Below, in pieces: positions 11,887 to 24,700 of a stretch of 64,000 nt of DNA. The stretch's first letter is position 1; each line of letters begins with the position of its first letter. A program made the position numbers and the translations under genes. The DNA lies in NCBI RefSeq assembly GCF_024521635.1, contig NW_026250422.1, forward strand, positions 434,001 through 498,000. The letters are read 5' to 3'. The DNA is from Tricharina praecox. Lineage: Eukaryota. The notes below the pieces were generated by a model, which searched no databases, had not been told where the DNA came from, and was given only the letters and a program-made list of their open reading frames with translations.

Positions 11887-12798
11887 ATGTTGGGACGTCT
11901 TTTTTCGCTTGCTGCGGTCGTCGCGGTAGGCGTGGTCAACGCTGGTACTGTCATCTGGGACGGTCGGTTTAAGTATGTCTTCTCCGACATGGTACGGATA
12001 GGGGATGGGGGAACAGGAGTGCTGATGCGAATGTGCGATAGTGATTACACCACGGCTACGGATATCAACACGTGGTCTTGGGCCAACCAGGTCGGATCGT
12101 ACCAATGGTGAGCTTCTATTGCCCGCGAGAGGAAGGAACGGTACTGACGACGGTCCAGGTACATCCACGGCACCGGCGCAACAACCGACTACTTCAACCT
12201 GTCGCCGTCATACAAGAACCCAGCGGACACGACGTCGAACCAAGGCGCGAAGCTCACGATATCGCCCACGGCCCTGTGGAACAGCGACATGTGGCGCACG
12301 GAGCTGATCCCGCAGACGAAGGCAGCTCTCGGCAGCGGCAAGCTATGGTACCACTTCTCAGTGAAGAAGGCGACGACCAACCCCCCCAACCCGAACTACG
12401 AGCACCAAGTCTGCTTCTTCGAGTCTCACTTCACCGAGCTGAAGTTCGGCTGGGTCAACGGCGACGCGGCCGGCGCCAACAGTAACCTGCAGTGGTTCGT
12501 TGGCGGCACCCGCAAGCTCAGCATTGCCTGGGACGCTGACGTCTGGCACAACTTTGCCTTCGAGATCGACTTCTCCGCCAACACCGTCGGCCTCTGGCAT
12601 TCCACCGGCGCCGCCGCACTGACGCAGCAGGGCGCTACCGTCTCCGCTAGCACCTACAGCAACAGCGCTGACTGGCACTTGGGCATCCTGCGTCTTCCTG
12701 ACAGATCGGGCGGCACTAACGACCAGACCCCCGAGGATTGGTACTTCTCCGGTGTGTACGTCGAGAGCGGAAGTCTGAACACGGCGATCTCGGGTTAG
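11887..12798 (+). CDS. Secreted glycoside hydrolase family 131 beta-glucanase (~263 aa, no CBM)
   Basis: Exons 11887-11972, 12042-12107 and 12159-12798. A signal-peptide-like N-terminus precedes IWDGRFND...WSWANQVGSYQWYIHG...YKNPAD...MWRTELIPQ...YEHQVCFFESHFTELKFG...WHNFAFEIDF...DWHLGILRL...YFSGVYVESG. A TATA-like tataaaa lies near 11788. Confidence 0.92.
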
Positions 12799-13263
12799 AT
12801 GGTGGCGTAGGATAGTCCACGAGACGAAGAAAAGTTTCAGCGGGGCCTGGAGAAGATTGTATGTACGATGATGATGATGGGAGGAATACCCGTGTCGGTC
12901 GGTCTTTACTGTGTTGAGTGAACCAATGGAAAATGAAATGTATTACCAGCTGGAATGTCTTGCTCCGAGTGATACTACGTGTGGGCAGTCTCATTCGCGA
13001 TAAACCGTGACCGATTAACCCTCGAAATGGTCGGCGCACGGTAAGCCATACGTAGAGGAATTCTGCCCGATTAACCCTGCTCGGAATTGGAGTACTTGGA
13101 TTTGAAGGCTCATTGACCAGTTTGAATTCGTCCTTGAGGTCCGTGGCTCCGTGGAGCCTACCCGTGTCATTAAGTAGTGTTTTTTTTCTTCTTTTATCTG
13201 TTATTATCATTCATCATTCTGCATCCGGCCATGTCCGGCTTACAGCAGCAAGTTAGATTACAT

Positions 13264-13523
13264 CAGTGTTCGACACAGTCCAGTCCGGACTGCAGTCTAG
13301 ATCTAGTCCTGTCCAGCCCCTTGGACGGACCGAGTCAAAGTAGTCCGTCTAGTCCATAGATTTCGTGGACTGCAGTCCGTCCTGACTCCTACCCTCGGTA
13401 TTTTTTGGACTACCTACCTAGTCCGTCCGAACACCGCACCCGGACGGACTGTCAAGATACAGTCCAGTCCAGTCCAGTCCGAGGCTCAGGACGGACGGGC
13501 TGAACTACCTATGTCGAACACTG
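13264..13523. mobile_element. Non-autonomous hAT-type DNA transposon (MITE), 260 bp
   Basis: Perfect 12-bp TIRs cagtgttcgaca (13264-75) and tgtcgaacactg (13512-23). Perfect 8-bp target-site duplication gattacat at 13256-63 and 13524-31. The interior is rich in agtcc/ggac sub-terminal motifs and has no transposase ORF. Confidence 0.93.
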
Positions 13524-14041
13524 GATTACATTCGATTCCCGCCTCCCCCGAGCCGTTCCTGAATTATTCAATCTCCGCGAGTCGACGGGCGGGCGGTGCT
13601 TGGCTCGTGAGGTGGCATACTCATTCCCATTGCCCTTGGAGTGCTCGTTTTTTTCTTTTCCTTGTCTAATCAATGATTACGCGCACGGTGCGACCCATCT
13701 ACCTATATCATGGCAATACACACACACGCCGTTTCCATGTCCACTGTCCACTGTCCAACTAAACTTTCGTCGAGCGGGCTCGAAGTGGCTTCTCCTCCAC
13801 CTCGTTTATCCTCAGCGCGCTTTTGTCCTCGCGTTCGAGTACCTACTCTAGTAGTGGTGTTGCCCTGGGCTATTGGTTCGTCACTGTGTATCACGTCACC
13901 GTCACATGTAATCACACATCCCGCCATTGATTACGAGTGAACCCCAGCGACATTGCCAAAACATATCTCATTCAACTATGTAGGTATCATATTACGCATA
14001 AACATCGACCAGCCCCCTCCCGAATCACCAGCACGAGTATT

Positions 14042-15294
14042 TTAGATCTTTCCCCTTCCGGCGCCGGCAAGGACCGCCTCCTTCACCTGCTTCGCGGGCT
14101 TGTAGATGTGCCTGTACTTGTACGGCACGCTCTTCATGGTTCCGACCTGCGTGATATTTGTCGGTGCGTTGTGGAAGATGTTGTCGGCTATTCCCCACTG
14201 TCAGAACTACTACATTCCCGTGGGGTTATTTGGAGAAAGGGAGAGAGAGGCAGCTTACGTAGGACATTGGCGAAGCCATCGGGCTCGTAGTCGCCGTCGG
14301 GGCTGCTGTTGGGCGAGTCGGCGGGGATGACCTTGCCGTAGGTGGTGATTGCGTCGGCTACGTCGCGGAAAACGTTGCCCTCGATCATCACCTGCGCGCC
14401 GGAGCGGGGGTGGATTCTGTTTCCTGTCAGCGGCTGATGTGTTTTAGTGGATGAAGGGGGAACAAACCCTTGGGCAGTAATGTTGTAGTAGTAGTTGTTG
14501 AACACATGGGCGGTCGAGAACCGCAGGGCGGGTGTACGTGTGCTCAGATCACGCCAGTAGTTGTTGTGGTAGGTGATGTGGTACTTTCCGGACTCGGTGG
14601 CGCCCGCCTCGGGGTCGCCGCCGACGAGGGACGTCTTCCAGTGGGTGTGGAAGTAGTTCCAGGAGACGGTGACGAAATCGCTGCCCTTGGTTACGCTGGG
14701 GTATTGTTAGCTGTGGTAGTAAATTGAAGGGTAGGAAGAGGGACGCACTCGACCAGGCCGTCGTAGTAGTCGAAGCCCTTCGACCGCTCGCTCCAGAACT
14801 CGTTGTGATCGATCCAGATGTTGTTGCTGTAGGTGGCCGAGATGGCATCGGTGTCAATGCAGTGGTGGATACCCAAGTTGCGGACAATGATGTTCGAGGC
14901 CTTGTCAATCTGCAGTCCGAAGCCATCGATCGCAGCATCCTTTCCGAGACCAAGGATGGAAGTGTTGTTTCCAACCTTGGCACGCTCAGACATCACAAGG
15001 CTTCCCTTGACGTAGACAATCTTCGGTGCGTGTCCCTACATCATGGGTCAGTCAATTGGCCGCGGACACTCTCACACTCGGGCAGGATGAACATACAGCT
15101 ACGGCAGTGACCAAGGCAGGGCCAGTGGAGACGGTGACAGTAGCACCGCCCTTACCACCAGTAGTGCCGCCATTCTCCTGGGAAAATCCAACCTGTGCGA
15201 AGTCCGCACGTTCCTTACCCTTTCCTTGACTACCAGGGACAGCCAAGGACACGGCAAAGAACAGACTGCTGCTGAGGAGGATGCTGAACTTCAT
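14042..15294 (-). CDS. Secreted pectate lyase, polysaccharide lyase family 1
   Basis: Four introns: 15036-15096, 14696-14748, and two more near 14417-14467 and 14188-14258. Signal peptide present. Motifs GGTTGGKGG, VGNNTSILG, NIIVRNL, DAIS, NIWIDHNEF, DGLVD, VTVSWN and RTPALRF, covering the PL1 WIDH and RxPxxR signatures. Confidence 0.93.
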
Positions 15295-16776
15295 GATTGA
15301 TTATCGGGACGGAAACTGAGAGGATTGATCTGGATGGAGGAGGGTGAGGATGAGGAGGCAGCAAAGTCTCTGGCCATCTCGGGAACGAGGGACGGGATCA
15401 TGGTGTTTATAACAGTCCTCAAGGCTGGATACGCAATGCGAGCTATAGATTGCAATTCCGGTATTGCTGGTATGGTAGAATACAATTTGCCTGCGCTGTA
15501 CCCGGAAACTAGGAGTTTTGATACACCGAGATGGCGGGCGGATATAACCGTCCACCCAACTCGGGTTGTGCAGGCAAGGGTATTTACACAAAAAAAAGGC
15601 ACACGCATTGAAATTTGAGGTACGGGCAGGTTGGGGGCGCCGACGTCAACGCTCGATGCTGACGGTATCCACCCAAGCGGGGAGGAAGATAAGCCGGAGA
15701 ATCTGGGGGCTTGACGAACGGCACGGTGCTTCCCCAGAATCCCCACACCCACCACCCCGCATTTTAGCCGCTCAGGGATGTTTACGCGCAAGCTGCTAGT
15801 TACTTCATATAGCCTGGCCCGAGCTCGGGGTATCTATGTATCTTCTGTCCCTGGTTTGCACGCGAGACGGTGCCTGTAAACGAGAAGACCGAACGTTAGC
15901 TGGAAGCTTGTATTGGTAGATAGATGAAAGCGTCCTGTGTAGATGTTGGATTGCACTCTCGGGCATAGTGCTGCGGATATTCGGATGCCTGGATATAGAC
16001 ACCCTTCGCCCTTCACTCATCACCCGTCACCATCACCAACCACCCCATAAACAACCCGCAAAATTGTACGCATAGATGAAGAGGACGCGTCCGAATTCAA
16101 AGAGCCCGCCGTTCAAGCCAGCTTTGTACTCTGCAACCGAGGCATATTCACCTCTCGCATTGAGGCGACAGCGGCCTGCCGTGTTCAATCAACATCATAC
16201 CCTGCCAGCAGCTCGCAATCTTGGTATCCACACCGCGGGATCCCATGCCGGTATGCGAGAGGCCACTATTTATCCGTATCTCTCGGCGCTCGCCCGCTTC
16301 TCGAAACACCGACGTGCCTGCCAGCCACGGCCCCCACGTTGTGCGGAGAGCAGATCCCGAATCCAAAAACCCGCAAGCTCGTGCACTCCACACACCGACA
16401 CGACATGCCAAGCTCGGATTCAGCGTTGGGATAACCCGAGAACCATGGTTCGCGCAGGTCTTGGTGTTTAGCCTCGGAGTGGAAGCTGGCCAACGACGAG
16501 TTTTTCCGGTGGCAAGCCGAATTGTGCATACATACCAGGACCTGATCGCCATGCAAATTGAATTGAATTGAAAGCAAGGCACGCACGGAGCGGAGCGACA
16601 AATGGAGGGGCTGGGTCCGGTATTCACATGCTCGTGCTCAATGGCGAGTACATACCTAGAATATTAGTGACGATTAATATCGCCGTGCAAGATTTCATTG
16701 ATGACTCTCAACTATCGCACAAACTGACCGCGGTCTTCTAACTATAGGACTATCAAGCATTCCCGTCCCGTTCATT

Positions 16777-18187
16777 CTACTTGTCCGCCATCTGTGCCTC
16801 CGCCGCGATCCTCTCGTCCACCCTCCTCAACATCCCATCCACAATACTCTCCTCCACCACCCCCTCTTGCCAACACCACGTCACCCTCATCCCATCGCCC
16901 GCAGTCGCGACACTGACCTCGACCGCATGGCCAGTAACACTCGCACTCTGTGAGAACATGAGTCCCTTCTGATCTGGAGCTCTCCCCAAATTCGAGATTT
17001 CAAGGGTAGCCGCCCTATTCAATCCCGGCTTCGAATCGAAGAATTTCTTGTAGCTGCTGACCCAAGGGAGTAGGGCTACGCTGGTATCTGTTCCGCGCGA
17101 GGACACGGTGTTTTGGATGGCGGTGAAAACACGATCCGCGGTGGACCACACGTCTTCGCCTCTGTAGTGGTGCTGGGCGGGGGTTTCGGTCACCCAGACG
17201 CCGATTGCGTTCTCGAGATCCAGCGATGGCGGCGTCCACCGCCGTGCGGAGACGGGCGCACTGCTGATTATCTCGGTTGCCGAGTCCGGGAGCGCATCGA
17301 AGAACGCCGCTGCGGCGAGGGAGATCATTAACGCCGTGACGCTCGTTTTGCCCGCGCGGCAGCGCGCACCGAGCGCAGTGACGGTAGACGCAGGGACATG
17401 GAGAATCCTTATTCGTGTGCGTAACGGCGTGGTGATCACGGCGCCGGTCCAAAGGCCGGGTGGTACGCTTGGTGGAAACCAGTCGTGGTAGAGGGCGCGA
17501 AGGAGGTGCCAGTTGGATACGGCGAATTTATGGAGGTCTTCCAGGGCAGGGGGGGGAGGGCTTGATGGCGCGATGACTGTGGTGGCTACGGGCTCCGGCA
17601 CAGGGGATGGCAGCTCCGATATCGCCGCCTGCAGTGCCCGGTGGAATACCAGCCCGGATAAACCATCGCCTACCGCGTGGTGGTAGACAAACACCAGCGA
17701 GAAGGTGGTAATCTCGGCCTCTTCCTCGTGGCCAAGAATAAGTACCACTCGCCAATACGGGATGCCCGAGATGCCGTCCGGAGAGACAAATCGTTTGTTA
17801 TGCTCATCCTCCAACAGTCGTTCCATGTCCTTTATAGAATCGATTCCCGCACGAACGTCTAGCGCCGCAGCGAGATCCACGACCGGCAGTCGAGCCCAGT
17901 ACGCTGTATCCTCTGCCCCATCGATCGGTACCGCCGACAGCATTGGATGTCTGCCCACAACGATTCCCAGTGCCGAGTACAGCAGCGCCTTCACGTCCGA
18001 TAGAGTACAGGCGGGGACGGTGTACTCCGCCGAAACTGCGACATTGGTGTAAAAGCCGATTTCATAGCGGTGGGTCGACCAGCGTTCGAGGAGGCCTTCG
18101 TTCCATCAGCACCTTGTAGAGAGCGTTGAGGGGCTGGTGATACAAACCAACTGGCCGGAGCTTTTCGAGTGTATTCGCAGCACTCAT
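16777..18187 (-). CDS. Alcohol acetyltransferase (AATase/CoA-dependent acyltransferase) family protein (~452 aa)
   Basis: Exons 18148-18187 and 16777-18095, intron 18096-18147. N-terminus LRPVGLLER, RHPML, catalytic HxxxDG motif (YHHAVGDGLSG), EISNLG and FSQS. Confidence 0.85.
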
Positions 18188-18648
18188 TGATGTTGATAAT
18201 GCAACTCAGGATCGAAGCATGTCCTTATCGAGGCCTTATATAAGATCCCCAATCGCCACCCCTGACTCACGACCGTCCAAATAAACGGCCCGCCGGCGGA
18301 ATACGAGCCTTCCGAAGATAGGCCTATTACACGTTATCAGCTGTCCGCGTGTCACTCGTATTCTCGCTTCCCTGCGCTCCAGCGCCTTACCCTCACCTTC
18401 TGTTTTCATCGGGTTCCCTGGTTTCGGAAGTGCATGTGGAGTCATCCGTTGTACCTACCATGCCGACGTGAAGTCGCACACCCCACTAGTTAACTAACAA
18501 TTGGCCGACCCAACCCAAACCCCTAGCGCCTCTCATCCTAGGTATCTTCGAAGCGAAAAAAATCTCCACCATCTACCTTCACAACATCACACGCAACCTC
18601 ACCAGACACCACCAAACATTGCCCAACAACCAGAAACGAAACAAAATT

Positions 18649-18850
18649 GTAAGTCTCTCCCGCGCAAGGCGCCTACCCTGTTCCCGTACCCAATGATGAT
18701 CACTTCAAAAGAGGAGCCATGTCTACGACATGGTGATGATTCCGTATTACACTGAAAATTCTGAGCGGTACCCTTCAATTTGCCCGATACACCCCCGCGT
18801 TGAGAATCAGAAGACAAGAGGGAATGGCTGCTAACAGCACGCGCAAACAG
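18649..18850 (+). other. Spliceosomal intron hosting the snoRNA, in a probable non-coding host transcript
   Basis: Donor gtaagt at 18649, branch gctaac at 18830-35 and acceptor cag at 18848-50. The flanking exons hold no convincing ORF. Confidence 0.75.
18686..18771 (+). ncRNA. snR67: Box C/D snoRNA, snR67-like (predicted guide for the LSU rRNA U equivalent to yeast Um2724)
   Basis: C box ATGATGA at 18693-99, C' box GTGATGA at 18733-39, D box CTGA at 18761-64, and terminal stem gtacc/ggtac. The guide ACACTGAAAAT (18749-59) is complementary to conserved LSU rRNA AUUUUCAGUGU. The ending ACACTGAAAATTCTGA matches my recollection of the yeast snR67 3' end. Confidence 0.85.
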
Positions 18851-21097
18851 ATGTCCGTCCAAAGTAGCAATAAAGAAACAGATTTATCCAATCACCATCC
18901 CGTCCCATCACGTTCCCCCGCCCACCAGTGAAGTCCTTCCCCTACCAACCAGAACACTTGCATGCAAGATGCAGCATTGCTTCACCGAAGCCCTCCAAAA
19001 CAAAACCGAATGCACGGATGTCAAATTACAGCCCCTCCGCAATCCATTGCCGGTGGCTGTGCCGAGAAGTGCTGAAATTGAATGGATCGCTTGGGGAAAG
19101 CTGCCGCCGCGCCCTCGGGCGTGTGCGAGGCTTATACCCAGTGCTTCCGATGCCGGAGTTATCTATCATAGGTACTCCCATTGCTCCAGCGGCCTAGATG
19201 GTGGGTCTGCTGGATGCGGTGGGGTGGGCATAACATGACATGTTAAGATGCGCGTGGTAGTTGTTGTAATTCAAAGTAGCGTCGCGTCGTGGGCGTGCCT
19301 TTTCGGCCTTCGGCTGTGGGGAGTGAGGACGTGGACCCGTGGCGGATGCTGAGTTATGTAGAACCAGTCGGCGAGTATGCCGTGATCACTTGAAAGGCTG
19401 CTCTGTGAGCTTTCTTCGGCGCGTTCATCTCTCATGTACTCGTATGTGAATTTTCAACGACGTGGGGTAATCCTAATTTTTCAAGCTATCGGGTTCCTAA
19501 ACCGCACGGGACATTTCCATGCGTGTTTAGATAGCCCAGTCATCGTGTTCACGCCCCATCATTCGCTGGTTTCCACCAAATGACGTTTGGCGTTCGGTTG
19601 GGCGGAAAGAAGCGGCACCGCTTTCAGTTCCTGCCAGCCAGCCTCCCACATTCATACGCACATATGTACGGTAGCAGCAGCATGTTTTATAGTGCTCGTC
19701 TACGCTCCGAGCCATAAATTTACTCTACCGTAACATTCGCGGCAGACCCAACGGGCCAACCAACTTCCAAGTCAAAGGTGTTGGAACTTAGTGATCTTGT
19801 ATGTACATAAGACTTCTGTATAGAATAAGAAAACCGCGAGCTCTGGGCTGCGATGGTGGAGGCTCGATTATTCCAGGCGACTCATGTACATAAGGGATGA
19901 GAGAGGAAGGGAGAGGAGCACTCATGCTGCCACTGCCAGTGCCCAAAGACGAATACTAGCATCCAGATTCAATCCCAAAAGCGAACCCTACGAACCTCCC
20001 TGCTAGGAAAGGATCTACGGTGAGCCATACATAGCTTTGTGGAAAGTACGAGCAGTAGGTTGCAGGTTGCGTACCGTGCCGTGCTTCTCATGTCCCAGTT
20101 CCGAGTGATGTATGATAGTGACAGTGTGAGGTATGATAGTGACAGTGTGAGGTGCCGATGCGCGCCGACCATCGACCTACCGGTAACTATCCGGGAGTCC
20201 GAGAGTCCGGGACATGCTGCCGAGGGCTGATGACGAGGGTGAATGTTATGTTGAGCGTTGCGGAGGGGGGGGGGGATGTTTGCCGTTGTCATTGCCGTCG
20301 TCGTCGGGATGGGAACTCCTTGGAAACTCCTGGGAGGAGACGGTACGGTACGAAACCCGGCCTGATCGGCAATCATACATGCCGTACTGGTACCTTGTAC
20401 ATAGAACGAGCAAGCTCCCCCCCCAGCCCCTCGTGTGACGAGCTGTGATGTTTGCAATGGCCGTGGCAGTGGCGAAGTGACTGTGCCACCGTGCCTGATG
20501 AATCGCCGCCGCTCCCACACCTCGCCCCCACTGTATACGTACATAGCGAGTGCAGGGTTCTCAACTCTGTCCTCCAGAGTCCAAAATAACATGGGCGTTT
20601 TCGGGCTACTCTAATAGGTACGGTACCGTACTGAGCTCGTGCTCAGCTGCTGAAGATTATCCAGAAGTGCCGTAAACTGAGACATCTGTAGACCATTAAG
20701 GATGGGAAACGTCACTGGGGCCATCGTACCGTACTCTAGAGTAGAGTCAAATTTGGGGATCTTGATATTCAGTCATCTTTCACTTCATTCCTCATCCTCC
20801 TCCTCCACAAAGGATGGACACACGCATGATACAAACACAGACTCCCTCAATCCGCAAGGGCGTTCCGCTGAAGAAAAGAAAAAAGAAAGAGAAGGAAACA
20901 GCAAATCATTATGGCGACGACGACGGGCCCAGATTAAACAGCTAACGCGCAAAGGCAAGACCGGGAAACACCATTGCAACGACGCACGACGACCAAACAG
21001 CCCTCGTGAAGGAATTCCGCAAGTAACTCCAGAGCGAACCAACCGACCGACCGACCAAACGCCCGCCTTCCCATACGTATCCCCCCTCCATCCCGCC

Positions 21098-21787
21098 TTA
21101 ATCCCCCGTCGAGTCTCTATCCCGATCGCGCTCCCTCTTGACGACGGTTGGCCGTCTCGCCCTCGCACGTGCCGAAGCAGCAGCGGCAGCAGCACTCCTC
21201 GTAAACGGCCTCCGCAAGAACTCCACCGCGTACCCTGTGTCGTCGCCGTCGGCCTCTAGATTCGTGTCCACCTCGAGCTTCGAATCGACCTCGATGGTGC
21301 CGTCACCGTCATCGTCACCGTCATCGTAATGATCCTGAAATCCCGGGAGGAACCCTTCCTTCCCCGGCTTCACATTCTCCTTCGTAGTGGTGGAGGTGGT
21401 GGTGGACTGGCTGACCTTCGAATCAGCGTAGAACCCGATGAGCCCGTCGACCTCCAATTTCTCCAGCTCCTTGTCGAAATCAAACATTGCCCCCTCCTCA
21501 TCCGCCTTGTCCTTCTCCACCTTCAGCCGTCCGAGTTCCAGTTGTGCGTACGCTGAGCACGGCTCGCACACGATGAAGGCGCAGGACTCGACGATGCAGC
21601 GCCAGGGCGCCTTAACGCGATCGGGTTCGCCGGGCGAGAGAGCACCGTACCATTGCTGGGCCGCTCGGGTTCGTGGTAGCGGTGGATTGTAGTTCGGGAA
21701 GGACGTGCGGCACCGCTGGCAGTTGAAGGATCGCATCTGCGGCGCGTGCACGAAGAAGTGCCCGCCCGTCGTCTTGCAGTCGAACAT
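21098..21787 (-). CDS. Hypothetical protein (229 aa) with an N-terminal Cys/His-rich putative Zn-binding domain and an acidic C-terminal half
   Basis: ATG-to-stop ORF with coding-like codon usage. Motif C-x4-GHFF...CQRC...WRC-x4-C-x2-IVCEPC. Confidence 0.75.
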   Translation of the reverse strand: MFDCKTTGGHFFVHAPQMRSFNCQRCRTSFPNYNPPLPRTRAAQQWYGALSPGEPDRVKAPWRCIVESCAFIVCEPCSAYAQLELGRLKVEKDKADEEGAMFDFDKELEKLEVDGLIGFYADSKVSQSTTTSTTTKENVKPGKEGFLPGFQDHYDDGDDDGDGTIEVDSKLEVDTNLEADGDDTGYAVEFLRRPFTRSAAAAAASARARARRPTVVKRERDRDRDSTGD

Positions 21788-24700
21788 CGGTCGGTGGTTC
21801 CAGCTAGATTCCTAGCTCGCAAGCTTGGGGTGATTTTTTTCCTTTCCTTGGAGAAGGGGACGAGAATGGGGAATGTGAGGGAGGAGTGGAGGTGAGGAGG
21901 TGAGGAGGAGAGGAGTTGAAAGAAGAATTGCGGTGAAGTATGTGGCTGGGTTGGGTCACAGCCTGTTGGTTGCGAGATTGTTTGACCCAGCTTGCTGTTG
22001 CTTGTTTGACGTCCGATCAGGCTTCCTGGCTGTTTCCCGTTTGTCGACGGTGTTGTTTGTTATTATTGCAGCCTGTTGTCGGAACGGGGCCTGAGGACGG
22101 ACGAGACGACAATGGAAGGACCCCGAAGCCACAAACGGGGGGATAAGAGGGTGAGAAAGCGAAGGTGGAACAGAAATGTGGAAGAACGGAAAAAGAAGGC
22201 CGAAGTTCGATGGATAGAATCCGGGCTCATGCCAGTCGGTGGCGCTTACCCCACCCCGGGGGGACACTGTGCTGCTTTCGAACAGAATAAGCGCCCAGCC
22301 TTCCGCTCCTCTCTCCTCCCTCTGCTCTTCCCTCACTCTCTCCCTCCCTCCCTCCCTCTCCCTCTCTCCGCCGGTGGTTCCTGTCGGAGGGTCTAGAGTG
22401 GGATGGCAGATCGCCGAACTTAACCTTTCATCGGCAGTTGAAGTTCCGCAGATCGGAGAGACGCCAGGCGGATGAATGGTGATTGCCATCACGGGATCAG
22501 CACTAATGGAGGCTTATTTCTGCAAGCTCGTCACTCTGCGTCCGGCTCGCAACGTAGAGATAGGGCCCTAACTCTGGCACGTATCTCGTCTTCGCACTCG
22601 CCGCACTCGTCGCAATCCGGACTGCGCCCGGCCTCCCGCCCGATCCGTCTCCGATTTGAAGCCATCAAAACTGACTGCTGCAGCCCGAGGAGGAGCCGTG
22701 CAGAGAGCGGTCCGAGTACAAATAAGCCCGAGGTCCCCGCCAAACTCTTCCGCCGCTAAACAGCCGATCAGCCACACTAAGGAGCCGGCACTTACTTACC
22801 CGATCACAGCCAGCACGATCTTCCCTCTGTGCGAACCTTCCAATCGCATTCCCATGCCGTCTTCTCTCTCTTTCTCTTTCTCTCTCTCTCGACTCGGGCG
22901 CCGAGCACGAATAAAAGAAGATGCGAAAAAGCATCCGGGGTTTGTCCCACAATGCAAGGATGGCCGGCCTCCGTTCTTCCGCCTCTGCTGCAACAACATG
23001 CACCGACCCGTCATTTCCAATGCGTACTCTACTTCCATTTCTCTTCCGAAGTGACTACAAGCGATTAGAAGCGACAAGAAGCGACAAGAAGCGACCAGAT
23101 GTTTCGCTCCGGTCCTTCTCCTGTACGTAGATGAAGCAGCGCTGCCTGGAGATCATCGGATTTCGCCCGTACAGGGAAAAGCTGAGACCGAATCGAAGAT
23201 CGTTTGGCGGGCCGTTGCGCCTCCCGCATGAGACCAGGGTGTGAGAGGCCCCGTATTTGAAACACACGTGCAGGGGGAGAAGGGCGTTCCATGCGATCGA
23301 GCCAGAAACGGCGAAATAGAATTTCTCGTACGCCGCTTTCACTCCGACAAAAAAACAAACAACACCCACCGGTCTCCCCCATGTGCAAGTGACCGACCAG
23401 TGACCACATCGCCGCAATTACCCGTCCCATCAATCTGTCCTCTCTTTTGCCTAGGCAATCGCGACGTCACGCTTTTGCTGTACTGTACGTACTGTGCAAA
23501 CAGGTATCTTCCGGTACACTGGGCATCACCATTATGGCCGTGCTGATACCGTAATAAGAGGTGGCCTTACCTGGTAACTGGCATCCCGCATCGGGAATTA
23601 TGGCTTGTGTCCTGGAAAAGAATTCTACTTCCGATTTGGGTAATGATCCGTGAGCCAAGCTTCAAAAAAGCAGAGCTGAGACATTACTACGGTAACATAT
23701 CAACATGTATGGACTTCATGCCGCCCCGACTCAGGACTTCAACGCCGTTTCGCCTCAATGAACGGTCCACCCGCTCCAACCCAATCATACACGCGGTGCA
23801 TCACCCGTGTCGTGACGTCCAGGAATACCGTGCTCGGGCACCACAAACCACCACCATCATCATCAACGTTATCACGCGCTCCAACACTTCCCCACCGCCC
23901 GCCGCCCACCGTCGCCGCAACCACCCTATGTGCATACCGCCAGTCCTCCGGCGTAACTAGAGTACCACCGTCCGCGTGGAGCGTGATACCTTCACACTAG
24001 AGTGGGTACATGGTTGTCCGGCGCTCCCCCGGCCCCCGAGGCTACATTTCTAGTCGACCATACCGTCGGGTCGGGTCAGCAGAACACGCCATTCCCTAGA
24101 TTGGCAGCCGGCCGAGCGGGCTGCGGGCTGCGGGCGGCGCTGCTGTTTGCTGGCCTTTGCTCGCCTTGGCCTGGGGAGAACGGGAGAACGGGGTGTCTGT
24201 GTATATATGTATGTATGATGGGGGTGCGTCGGGAGTCTGATTTTGCCGCTGTCCAGCGCAGCAGGTACGTATGCGCATATATACAGGGGGAAGAAGTACA
24301 CTCGACCTGTTCACCAAAACTGTATCTGCCACCAACTGCGGATAGTAGAGTACAAAGTCGCACTCCCACTCTCACTTTTACTCCAACTCCCACTCCCACC
24401 CCGAGTACATACCAGTAGCACAGCGAAGTAAGTACCAGAACTGGGAAGGGGGAGGGAGAGGGGGGCTCAACAGGCCCAGCCTCTCAGGCTCTCAGGCTCT
24501 CCCCTCCCCGCCATCCCATCCCATCGGGTTCAGATTCGGGTTCGGGTTCGGATAATCTCACTACACGAGACTCCGACAGTCGACAGTCGAGACTCCAAGA
24601 CCAAGAGCCCGGATCTGGCCAGGATCTGGCCCGCCCGACCCGATGGAGGATGCGGTAGCGGCGCGCGCGGCGCATGCGGTGCACGCGGGGGGGGGAGGGG

